Below, piece by piece: positions 30,301 to 41,100 of a DNA stretch of 64,000 nucleotides. A model generated the notes under the pieces. The model worked only from the letters and a program-made list of their open reading frames with translations, searched no databases and had not been told where the DNA came from. The stretch's first letter is position 1; each line of letters starts with the position of its first letter. Both the position numbers and the translations under genes were made by a program. Source of the DNA: Hormiphora californensis (lineage: Eukaryota; Animalia; Ctenophora); assembly GCA_020137815.1 (NCBI GenBank), contig CM035355.1:4774001-4838000 (forward strand). Direction: 5' to 3'.

Positions 30301-31944
30301 TGAAATCAAGGGACATGACATGACCGCAGACTGATGTCATCTTTATTTTAACTTTTTCTCCGTTCAGGTTGCCTTCAAACTCGTGAACTGGGCAGGAACC
30401 AGACCTAGTAGGGATATGATAAAATCAAAAATGTATGCTTAATATTAATTGTGTAGCTATTTTCGGTATCTCTCAAATCATCGAGTCTCATTTAACCTGA
30501 AGTAATTAAGGGTACACCTGGCGTTTTTCATCATCGAGTGCCCAACCAAATGACTTCACCAGGGTTTAGGTCATACAAAATGGACCTCAAATATGCAATT
30601 TTAGCCCTAAAGTCGAATTCATATTTTTGCTACAGCCTATTTTCAAAGTGGCGTTTTTTCAATTTTTGTTGGAATTTTTAACCTCAGGACCACTTTTTTT
30701 GAGATAGAAACATTAAATTCTTGAAATTTGAAGAGAATATAAAGGTGAATAAGCCCAAAGAAGGATTTTTGAAATGGAGCTTATTTCTGGCCATGAGAAG
30801 GGTTTACTTTTTTGCTTCTTTGACACGCTGGCTGAGAATGTTCCCATGCTTCATTAGAGATGAAAATCTGGAAATAGTTGCTCAAAACGATTATCTATGT
30901 GGCCCAAAAATTTTGGAACTTTCCCGCCAAAGATGTGGTGTACAGAGCTTGTTTTGTGAAACCCGTCTTTTTGAAAAAGAGAGGAATTCCCTGTATCTCC
31001 AAAACGGATGATCGTAGAGACCTGGGACCAAGCTTAATCGATTCAGAAGGTCCGATTTTGGGGGGGTCTTCTGAGAGACATTTTGCTCCTACTCCAACCG
31101 TTTTTGCTGTAATTGCGAAAAAGGTATCAGCAAGTAAGGGGGAAATCAGCCCGAAGCAGGCTACTGGAATAGAGTTGTTCCCCCTTTTCATAGAATTGGT
31201 TTTTTGCAATTACAGCAAAAACGGTTGGAGTAGGAGCAAAATGTCTCTCAGAAGACCCCCCCAAAATCGGACCTTCTGAATCGATTAAGTTTGGTCCCAG
31301 GTCTCTACGATCATCCGTTTTGGAGATACAGGGAATTCCTCTCTTTTTCAAAAAGACGGGTTTCACAAAACAAGCTCTGTACACCACATCTTTGGCGGGA
31401 AAGTTCCAAAATTTTTGGGCCACATAGATAATCGTTTTGAGCAACTATTTCCAGATTTTCATCTCTAATGAAGCATGGGAAAATTCTCAGCCAGCGTGTC
31501 AAAGAAGCAAAAAAGTAAACCCTTCTCATGGCCAGAAATAAGCTCCATTTCAAAAATCCTTCTTTGGGCTTATTCACCTTTATATTCTCTTCAAATTTCA
31601 AGAATTTAATGTTTCTATCTCAAAAAAAGTGGTCCTGAGGTTAAAAATTCCAACAAAAATTGAAAAAACGCCACTTTGAAAATAGGCTGTAGCAAAAATA
31701 TGAATTCGACTTTAGGGCTAAAATTGCATATTTGAGGTCCATTTTGTATGACCTAAACCCTGGTGAAGTCATTTGGTTGGGCACTCGATGATGAAAAACG
31801 CCAGGTGTACCCTTAATACAGTCAAGTTTGGTGGTGATTTGATTTATACCTGCCTTTTCGAGAGGTTGATGAGCCATGTGATAGGATCTTAGCAATGGAA
31901 GCCGCCAGAGATGGCTTCTCAGCTACCAACAATGCTGTCTTCAT
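24310..31944 (-). CDS. TOP3B: DNA topoisomerase III beta; several 1-bp frameshifts in 29190-29745 as assembled
   Basis: MKTALLVAEKPSLA, KMTSVCGHVMSLDF, DCDREGENIC, SYGPCQTPTLGFCV, GYISYPRTET (catalytic Tyr), GVGTDASIPVHI, Zn-ribbon exons and an RGG-rich tail ending ..LDQYFV. Confidence 0.95.
25473..26607 (+). CDS. Secreted protein (ctenophore-type WDLESTP domain + Sushi/CCP-like domain) nested antisense in a TOP3B intron; in-frame TAA at 25650-25652, so possibly a pseudogene
   Basis: Signal exon MFLKRSLFALLAIHSVIST (25473-25530). Exon 25621-26064 encodes WDLESTPIQI..IWTIEKS..CNG..C..DVVGKI.F..DTATNAYRA. Exon 26187-26381 encodes C-P..C..C..W..P.C. A short terminal exon follows. Confidence 0.65.
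26975..27115. repeat. Minisatellite of ~28-bp units, each carrying a copy of the TOP3B 5' splice site
   Basis: cctacctgagtttg occurs five times; on the minus strand this reads CAAACTCAG|GTAGG. Confidence 0.9.
30009..30278. mobile_element. MITE with ~35 bp TIRs in TOP3B intron 2
   Basis: agtcgaattttttaatcaagggacagggggccgc / gcggcccctgtcccttgattaaaaaattcgact. Confidence 0.8.
30510..31812. mobile_element. Foldback element with ~610 bp TIRs, ~80 bp spacer, TTAA target duplication and 5'-GG ends (Kolobok-like); in TOP3B intron 1
   Basis: TTAA|gggtacacctggcg ... cgccaggtgtaccc|TTAA; the mirrored ORFs on opposite strands reflect the near-identical arms. Confidence 0.88.
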
Positions 31945-32406
31945 ATCTCTATCTTGTCATTTCTAAACCTTCAACAAAGTTTTGAGGTTAGCAACGCTTG
32001 GGGAAGTGTTCGATCAAACCATACACGACAGGTGTGGTATACCTATGTGTGTCCTGAAAAGACCCCGTAAAAACTACGAGATTTGAGACAGCAGTCCGAG
32101 GAGGCACAGATGTGCACCACCTTTACTCCGTGCTAAACATAGCGCTAGATCGATCTAGATCTGAGTTTAAATTCTTTCTGCCGTCGTCACAGTAATTTAA
32201 CTCACTGGATCCCCTCTTTTGACCACTCCTGTAACGCACTAAAATCACGCTAATCCTTTTATTATCCCGTAATTTCATTGTTCATTCGATTACTGCCCTC
32301 TAATCACAGAGCTTCTCACACCTTCAGCCATCTGGTGACTGGTGGATTTCAGCGTCAGGCTTAAAAAGAGGATCACAAAAATAGATCGGCACGTACATTG
32401 CTGAAA

Positions 32407-35400
32407 ATGCGAACTTTTGCTGTCCTTGTTGTAGTGTGCCTGGGTTTGTCCAGTGCGGTGACCGACCTGAGGTCTGCCTACAAGGAATGGAAACTAAAGT
32501 TCCCACGAGAGGGCGAGAGTGGCCTGAAAAACGACCTAATGAGGTTTGTTGATTTGTTTATTTGTGTGTATTCAACACAGCGTGTAGTTGTTTAGCGTGT
32601 TTATGGGTATACAAATGCTGTTCTACGTCTGTTTGTTTGCAGATTCCGACAGTTCAAGAGGAATGCTGGACTAATTGACAAGATCAATGGAATGCAACGT
32701 GAATGGAAGGCAGGATTCACTCTCTTCTCTGACATGGTAATGACACAAAAATTGATAAAAAAATCTATATTTTGACCATAACAACAAAATGCAAATGCAA
32801 TAAAAATTATCTCTCCCTTTCTCACACTAAAGTCATATTTAACCGTAACATCAGTTCTCTGCACTCATTCTGAATTGTCTGAACCCATTCTTCTTTCAAC
32901 TCCTCCTTCCACTTATTCAACACCAACTGAGCATTCTTCTTGGTCGACAACAAACCCCCGTGCTCACCCTCCACATTCTGCTGGTCAATAGCCCACTGTC
33001 GAACGCTCTGGGGTAGCTCCAAACCCAGGAACTTGTAAACCTTCTCCGCATTTCCGAGGGGGTCTAATGAGATCTGGCTATGCGTGAGACGAAGGTAGTT
33101 TCCATTCAACCAGCCGGGCATGTGGTCATCAGTAAACCTCAAATTCACAACCTCCCTGTCACAATAATCCTGTGCAACCAGTTTCGCTTTATCGTTGGTG
33201 ATTGGCTGAACCCTCATCTCCTTGTAATCGTGGAGGTAGAAATTGGGGAAGCCATGGCAACGAGAATTGAAAGTTCCCCTCGGGTCACGTAGCAGATGGA
33301 TAACTTTGACGTTTAGATTCTTAACATTAGAGATGCTACCCAGTTTACTTATCTCCCTGATTCGTATCCCCTTGGCAACGGTTGTATCCAACTTATAACA
33401 CCGGTCAGTGAGAATCTGCTTTGGTGGTTCACATTTGACATTCCCGTATTTACCAACGGCTTCTCCTTCATCCTTGCAGTGGAGAGACTTCATCTGCTTG
33501 AGGAAGTAACGTGGGAAGTAGCTGGTACAGTTGTTGATAAGGTTGTCGAGGTAGAATATCTGTAGCTCCTCTTGGGTCATCCCCGGGCGATAACTAGGAA
33601 GCTCCTTTACACCGCTCTTTAGATACCCCTGAAAAGTTGTCATGTTAGAGAATATCACGCTGCTGGCCTCTTCCCATGCGCTGCACGGAGCGAGAAGAAC
33701 TCTACTTTCGAAAGGCATCGCCGATCGCCGTATATGTTAGAGGCTTGGCTCATAATAAAATCCCCGCTAAGAGAACAGAGTTTAAAATGGCGACTATTCT
33801 AAATCAAATACCTGATGAAAAGGCTCAAAGATGTAGTTCACATCTGGGTTCTGGTTGAAAATCTCTCCCAACAGGGTACTTCCCGTTCTAAACCCCGCAA
33901 CAATCACCACAAACAACTTTGAATTGACACCCCCTCCTCCCGTGGACACATTGTTAGAAGTGAGGACATCCCGTCGAATCTCCTCAGCAATTGTAGTCTC
34001 TCCCACCAGATCCAGATGGGGTGAGAGGGTGTTCTGGAGGGAGAAAAGGAGGAAAACCGTAACTGCGATGGAAGCGACGGAGAAAAAACGCTGGACTCCG
34101 TAAGCTGAGCCAGCCATCTATAACAGTGGATAACACAACAATATGATACAAGGGGAGTGTGTATATGAGTGTTGAGAAAGAGAAAGAGAGGGAGAGAGAG
34201 AGAGAGAAAAAAGGGGGATGCGATGAAATTGACATCGCTTGATGTGATGTGTGGATCGGCTAGCGTCCCCAAATGAGTATTGAACTCTCTTTCTCCTTCC
34301 ACCTTTCACCATAGTTCGAGGCTGTAATAGCATCGGTTTAATTATCGTCTAAGATCATAACATTATAATATTTTAGAACACAACTGGGCTCATTATATCA
34401 GACTTATGCTGTGCCAGAGTACACAGATCCGAGAGGGGGAAGAGAGATGGATAAAAAGAAAACGTATTACACTTTTCTCAGTTTCAGTAATTTCAAAATC
34501 TGGCTGGGTCCTGACTCCGATGTGGTACAGACATTCCATTACAGACATTCCGTATCATTTCAAAAATCACACGAAACTCAGGTTTCAGAACTAAACTAAA
34601 AAACAAGTGTTAAACAAACCCTTTCTTTCCTAGACTGAAGACGAGAAGCAGCAATATCTGGGTTTGGCGAACACCACCGAGCCCACCCTCGAATCAGGAG
34701 TTGGAAGTGGCGAGTACGGTGAATTTGACCCAACTGATCCCTCTAAAAAGTACTGGGAAATGGGACCCGCTAAGAATCAGTGGAGTTGTGGTAGTTGTTG
34801 GGCGTTTGCTGCTGTCGGGGCTGTTGAGGGCATGATGATTAAGGTAAATAATGAGCTCGTCTGAAGCCGTCTGAGCGACAGAGATGCGACCAACAAGTTC
34901 AAGTGCACAAAGTATTCTTAGAATTAAAAAACGATCAGATGAAAATAAAATTGTAATGACAACGTTAATCTCTAAAACCAATCCCAGGAGCACGGTGAGT
35001 TCAAGGATTTATCAGAGCAGACCCTGCTCGATTGTGTCTATGAGGGACGAAGGGATGGGTGCAAGGGAGGGTTCAGTGACGAGGCTATTCGGTGGATCGG
35101 AGATGACAGTCCAGTGGTAGGTTGGAAAGTTCCCTATGGATATCTCCCTTATAGGATAGACAACAAGTATAGAGGTGAGTTGGGAGAAAATGCATGATAC
35201 AGTCGGACCCCGATTTACCGGGATGCTCCGGGAAAAGAGTTTTGCCTGGTTAATCAGGGTTCCGGTAATTCGGGATCCGATTGTATTATATGGACTAAAC
35301 TATCAGGAAGAAAGCCAATACTAATGACAGACCTGGGAGACCCTATCCAACGCTCACTTTTTAACTAAACCGTCAATGACGTAACACAATTTACAGGAAG

Positions 35401-37730
35401 TGATGGGGAATGTACGGATCTCAAAAAGCCCTTCCGAAACGGTATGAAGCGAGCTAAGCCCTACTCCTATACTGCTCGATATAGCACACAGAACGATGCA
35501 GGCCTTCAGCATGTAAGTTGTGTGTGCTGTGTTGTGTACTTGTAATTGTGTACTCACATACTCTGTCACATACTCTGTCATCGCACATGGTAGAAAACTT
35601 AGGATCAAGAATAAAATGCGCTAAAAACAAGTTTGGTTAGACAATATGTGCTCACTCTCTTCCTCTACCAGGCTCTGGCTACAGAGGGACCTATTGTAGT
35701 GTACATCTACTCTTCCTGGGCCCTCCCTTTCTACACCACAGGAACCTTTATAGGAAACGGGTGCAGTGGAACTTACACCATCAACCATGCTGTAGTAGCT
35801 GCTGGTTATGAGAAGGATTACTGGTAAGTAAGTTACACAGAAACTAGAACTAGACAACGAGACAGATCACACATGGAAAGGCCTACAGTAAAGACGAAAA
35901 CAACAATTATTTATCAACTAAGCTCATGAGACTTTTCCAATATAACTAGGTACATCAAGAATAGTTGGGGTTCCAGCTGGGGGTACTCTGGATATGTCTA
36001 CTTTAGCCGAGGATACCCCAATCTTTGCAAGGTGAGTAGGTATATCCTTTTGACCCTTTTTAGACATGTATTGGGACTGTTTGATAGTTTATGCGTCGTC
36101 ATCATCGTTCAATACTCAAAGAGCCTCACATTCTAACAGGTTGCGAGTACACGAAAGGTCATTGAATGGAGAGCCAACCAAAAGTATGATACCTGCAAGG
36201 ACACTCACCCTAGTGAGAGGACTCCCTGTACCAATGACAGGATCTTGAATGGTAAGTGATAAGTTGTGTACCATATTTAATCGATGAATGTCGATTGAAG
36301 ATCTAGAACATATATTGGGAAGGAAATAGGGTTTAGAGTATCTTCCTTTACACCAGAGGACGAATGTTGGAGTCATGGATGTTGTTATGATGAAGGCCAG
36401 GCTGGAACTGCTAATCAGTGCTTCGCTAACGGTCAAATCACGCTCTACGATGCCAACAATAAGAGGTATAAACAAATCATAATCTCCTTCACCTACCAGT
36501 TTAGATGCACCAGAGCAACTTCAACAAAGCAACTTCAAAGAATCATAAGACGTGTAGCGCCACGGCCATATTCGGGTCTAAAATATACCCCCACGGTTAA
36601 ACATTTGTAATTCGGTCCCTTATAAAACTCCTATTTGGCTCCAGGAGGGTTGTCTACGGTTCAGTTGAGTACATATCCAATCTGCAGTTTGAGGCGGTTG
36701 CAGCTGAGGTCGAGAGAGGTACCTGGATCCTGTACAAGGCTGGTGCCTGGTGGAACGGTCCTTCTCGGGTGGGTAGCGCCCAGTCTGTGTGTCTGTATGT
36801 CTGTTTCGGGTGGGTAGAGCTCAGTGTGTGTCTGTGTCTGTGTGTCTGTTTCGGGCGGGTAGAGTTTAGTGTGTCTGTGTGTCTGTCTTGGGTGGGTAGA
36901 GCTCAGTATGTGTATGTGTGTCTGTTTCGGGTGGGTAGAGCTGAGTGTGTGTTTCAGTGTGTCTGTTTCGGGTGGGTAGAATTTAGTTTGTCTGTGTGTC
37001 AGTATGGTTGTCTCGGGTGGGTAGAATTCGATTTCTCATTGAGTTCTAGATTCAAAACCGTTTAAAACTATATCTTCCAAATAAAGCCTTACACTTCCTC
37101 ATCTTTCAGGTGATCACCGCAGCAGATGGTCGGGTAAAGATGGAGACCGGAAGTGTTCGACTTATCTCAGACAAAAGGGTTATGCATCTTTTCGAGTGAG
37201 TGTTTTGCATCGGGGCTTTCGGACTAAATTCCTGATGTACTGATAGAGTACGGAGTTGAAAATTGAAATGCGATAAAAAATTAATGTATGCCACTGCTTG
37301 ATAAGGGCCTGTAGCGTATGGCAAACTAATCCGCTCAGGATTGTTTAACTGGAATTCCTATTAGTATCAGGAATGCAGTATACTACTTGTGAGTACTTGA
37401 ACACCACTTTACTGACTACCCTTTTCCAGGTACTACGACTATCTAGGAGCTGTCTACACCGTCTCTCAATACCGAGGTGAGAATTGTAGATAACATTTCG
37501 AACTTTTGAAAGTGGTTTAGGGTCATTGAACGAAATCTCCCTTTTCAGATTCTCTGTCTGACGATGAATTGAACGACAATGTGTCGAGTTTCATCAACTT
37601 TGGAGGACCATGGGAGTTGTGTACGGAGAAGAACCAGCGTGGAAAATGTATGAAGGTGGAAGGGGATCATCAACAGAGAAACATGGATGGCACACCCGTT
37701 GGAGACGATGATGTGTCATCAATTGCGTAA
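32407..37730 (+). CDS. Secreted papain-family (C1A) cysteine protease fused to a trefoil (P-type) domain and beta/gamma-crystallin domains, paralog A, 13 exons
   Basis: Signal peptide; I29-like [18 protein letters not shown]; catalytic KNQWSCGSCWAF, NHAV, IKNSWG; trefoil [25 protein letters not shown]; crystallin VERGTWILY..NG, LNDNVSS..GGPWELC..N.RGKC, DDDVSS. Exon phases are consistent. Confidence 0.9.
32822..34117 (-). CDS. Golgi carbohydrate (Gal/GlcNAc-6-O type, CHST1/3/4/5-like) sulfotransferase nested antisense in intron 2 of protease A; exons 34117-33812 and 33628-32822
   Basis: Type II TM anchor, 5'-PSB RTGSTLLGEIFNQNPDVNYIFEP, 3'-PB VIHLLRDPRG; phase-0 intron with CTAAC..TTTTCAG acceptor. 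Confidence 0.9.
36762..37030. repeat. Minisatellite of ~40-bp units, each reiterating the exon 10 donor (cgg|gtgggtag) of protease A
   Basis: About seven copies of YcgggtgggtagAg..gtgtgtctg. Confidence 0.85.
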
Positions 37731-38140
37731 ACATGATGTGTTGACCAAAGTGAACTAATGTTATTGGTCATGTAGACATGAGATTGTTTATGTTATTGGA
37801 AGAGTTGTTTGATCAGTTTATGAATAATAAATTAACAGATGAGTATGTGCGAGTATTTTTATTAAAAGTGAGTAAAATTGACATGGAAAACTGGTTCTAC
37901 TGCTAATTTTATTTGGACAGAAACGGGGATGTTCATCAATGATCAACTGCGTTGAGTACTAAACACAGTAAACTAATCTCCTCTTTTGACTTTAGACCGC
38001 TCCTGTAAACTTCAGAGCCCGCTAATTGTCCCACTAAATTTCCATGATCCTGCCGTCTAAATCTCACACCTACGCCATCTGGTGGAGAATGTTTCAACGG
38101 CAAAAGTAGTTGACAGAAGTAGATCGGTCCATTGTTCAAT

Positions 38141-41100
38141 ATGCGATCTTTCATCGTGCTTGTTGTCCTGTGTCTGGGGTGGGTCTTTGCAGTAAAGGAC
38201 CTGAGGGCAGCCTACAAGGAATTCAAGAACAAGTTCCCTCGAGAAGGCGAGAGTGGGTTGAAAAACGATCTGTTGAGGTAACTCTTCTATTAATATTAGC
38301 TTGGTGACGCATTCACCCCTACATTACCATGCCAGACACGCACAGAGGATGGCATCACCAAAATATTAGCAGAGTTGTAAGATTGTTCATTGCATATATA
38401 ATCTAATTTTTGTAATGCCATCAGCTCACGGGCTTCGTTCGACACACTTCACGTATCAGTAGGGGTGACTACGTCACCAAAATATACCCGGCCCGGCTGC
38501 TTCTAAACAGCACTTTGTAAAACAGGTACAGGCAGTTTAGGAGGAATGCTGGACTGATTGACAAGATCAATGAAATGCAAAGTGAATGGAAGGCGGGATT
38601 TACTCTCTTTTCTGACATGGTAGGAATAAGAATTGAATCTGGAATCTGGTACTTGTAACTTGTCTGGCGACTCAAACAATAATATGGTCCATCTTTTGAT
38701 TTTAGACTGAGGAGGAAAAGAGGCAATATCTTGGCTTGGCGAACAGCACAGATCTAGCCCTGGAAGCAGGAGTTGGAAGTCATGGATTTGGAGACTTTCA
38801 CTCCAGTGACCCATCCGGAAAGCTATGGGAGATGGGACCAATTAAAAATCAGGGAGGATGTGGGAGCTGTTGGGCGTTTGCTGCTGTTGGTGCAGTTGAG
38901 GGCATGATGATAAAGGTCAGTTAATTTAGGAACAAGCAAGCTTTACTCGTCGAAGGTTACTAATTGTATCACTTGACAAAAGGTCCAGCAAAGAAAAGTA
39001 AAATCACAATTTCTTCCAGGAACATGGTGAGTTCAAGGATTTATCAGAGCAGACCCTGCTCGACTGTGTCTTTGAAGGCTCCAGGGATGGATGCCAAGGA
39101 GGGTGGAGTGATCTGGCTATTCGGTGGATGGGATCCGATAGTAAAATAGCGGGAAGGAGTGCCCCTCACGGATACCTCCCCTACAGGAGTGACAACAAGT
39201 ACAGAGGTAAGGGGAGAAACAAGGGAAATTATTTAGGCTCTATCACGCTGCCTGCCCGGTATGAAACTTAAGCAGCAAACCAAATACAAGACCTGATGTA
39301 ACTAATTTCGAATGTTTACAATTCGTGTCTATTCCAAGGTAAGGATAGGGAGTGTACGGATTTAAAGAAACCCTTTGCAAATGGGCTGAAACGAGCTAAG
39401 CCCCGGGCTTACAGAGCAAATTATAGAACACAGAATGATGCCGGTCTTCAGCATGTAAGTGTGTTAGAGACAAATTCAATGTACCCGTCAAATTCTTTCT
39501 TTGGATGAGTTCACTTCTCACATTTCCCACGCTACTTTTGCTTGTTCTTATGCTCTAATCAAATGTGGAGTGTGGATTCCACACTCCACATTTTACTCAC
39601 ATGTGGACTCAAGATTGTCATTTGTCATGTACAATCCGGGCACAGACACATAAATTTTGCACTATTCATTAATTTTATTCCTTCCAGGCTCTAGCTACAG
39701 AGGGACCTGTAGTAGTGTACATTTTCTCCTCTTGGGCCCTTCCTTTCTATCTGTTTGGCACTTACCATGGAACTGGGTGCAAGGCTAGCTACACCAGCAA
39801 CCACGCCGTCATCGCCGCCGGTTATGAGAAGGATTACTGGTGAGATGGTTTAGGCGGGAACTTAGTTTACTAAATTCAAGGTCGCAAATTTTCGAAGATG
39901 AAATGATCTGGTGCTAACAACTAACATCCACTTGCCCAATTCTAGGTACATCAAGAACAGTTGGGGTTCACTTTGGGGGAACTCTGGGTATGGCCACTTT
40001 AGTCGAAAACATCCCAATCTTTGTCAGGTGAATCTTTACGTAGTCCAATTTATTGAAAATTTTCCGTCTCGCTTATTGATTATTCCACCAATATGCCCCG
40101 ATTTTAGCAGTTTAAAAACATCTAACTTTAACTCAAATCTCAGAACAATTTCCAATCTTGCATTCTTCAGGTTTCCAGTACCCGAAAGTACATCGAGTGG
40201 AACCCAAACAGGGAATATGATACCTGCAAGGACACCCACCCCAGTGAGAGGACTCCTTGTACCAATGACAGGATCCTGAACAGTAAGGTTGGATTTGGGC
40301 GGGTAGAAATGTGACAGCAAAGTTTCAAACTCACATCAAGCTGGATACAAAAAGGACAAAACTACTACAATAATCAATATTATTTAGCGTAAAAATTGTC
40401 CATCCTCCCAGAGGATGAATGTGTGAGCAGGGGATGTTGTTATGACGCAGATCAGGCTGGAACTGCTAACCAGTGCTTTGCAAACGGTCAAATCACACTC
40501 TACGACGCCAACAATAAGAGGTATTATAATAACGTACTTTCCAGTTACCACGTGTTGCAGACTTGCCTAGCTCAACCTCCTTTTCGCAAGCTCCGCCCGA
40601 GAAATGGACTTGAACAAAACAATTGCAGACCCCGCTGTTGCCTCTTTCCCCAACAACTTAACTACCACTAATTTTAAACTTTTCTTTCCAGGAGGGTTGT
40701 GTACGGGTCAGTCAAGGATGTCGAGGATCTTCAGTTCGAGGCAGTGTCATTTAAAGTTGAGAGAGGAACGTGGATCATTTACAAGGGCGACGATTGGTGG
40801 AATGGCCCTTCTTGGGTGGGTAGGGCGAGCTCAGTAGTGTTTGTATGTCAGTGTGTTTGTGTGTCAGTATGTTTGTGTGTTTGTGTGTCAGTATATTTGT
40901 GTGTCAGTGTGTTTACTGTCGGTGTGTTTCTACTTCTTTTACAGTTTTTAATATATTCTCTGCAGGTGGTAACAGCAGCAGATGGTCGACTATCGTTGTC
41001 TAAGTCCATTGGAAGTGTTCGACTTATCTCCGACAAGAAAGTTATGCACCTTTTCGAGTAAGTACCGAAAAAAAAAAATTTTCCAATTGCCATCTAGTGA

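Noticed and set aside
30721-31895. Mirror-image ORFs on both strands
   Set aside because: By-product of the inverted repeat arms; no protein motif.
33737-33739. Apparent in-frame TAA (pseudogene or readthrough) in the sulfotransferase if the 45-nt intron is used
   Set aside because: A better acceptor (CTAAC..TTTTCAG, exon resuming at 33628) is in phase, removes the stop and restores normal CHST spacing.
39561-39593. 33-bp near-perfect palindrome in an intron of protease B
   Set aside because: Isolated, too short for a miRNA precursor, and absent from paralog A; probably a repeat remnant.
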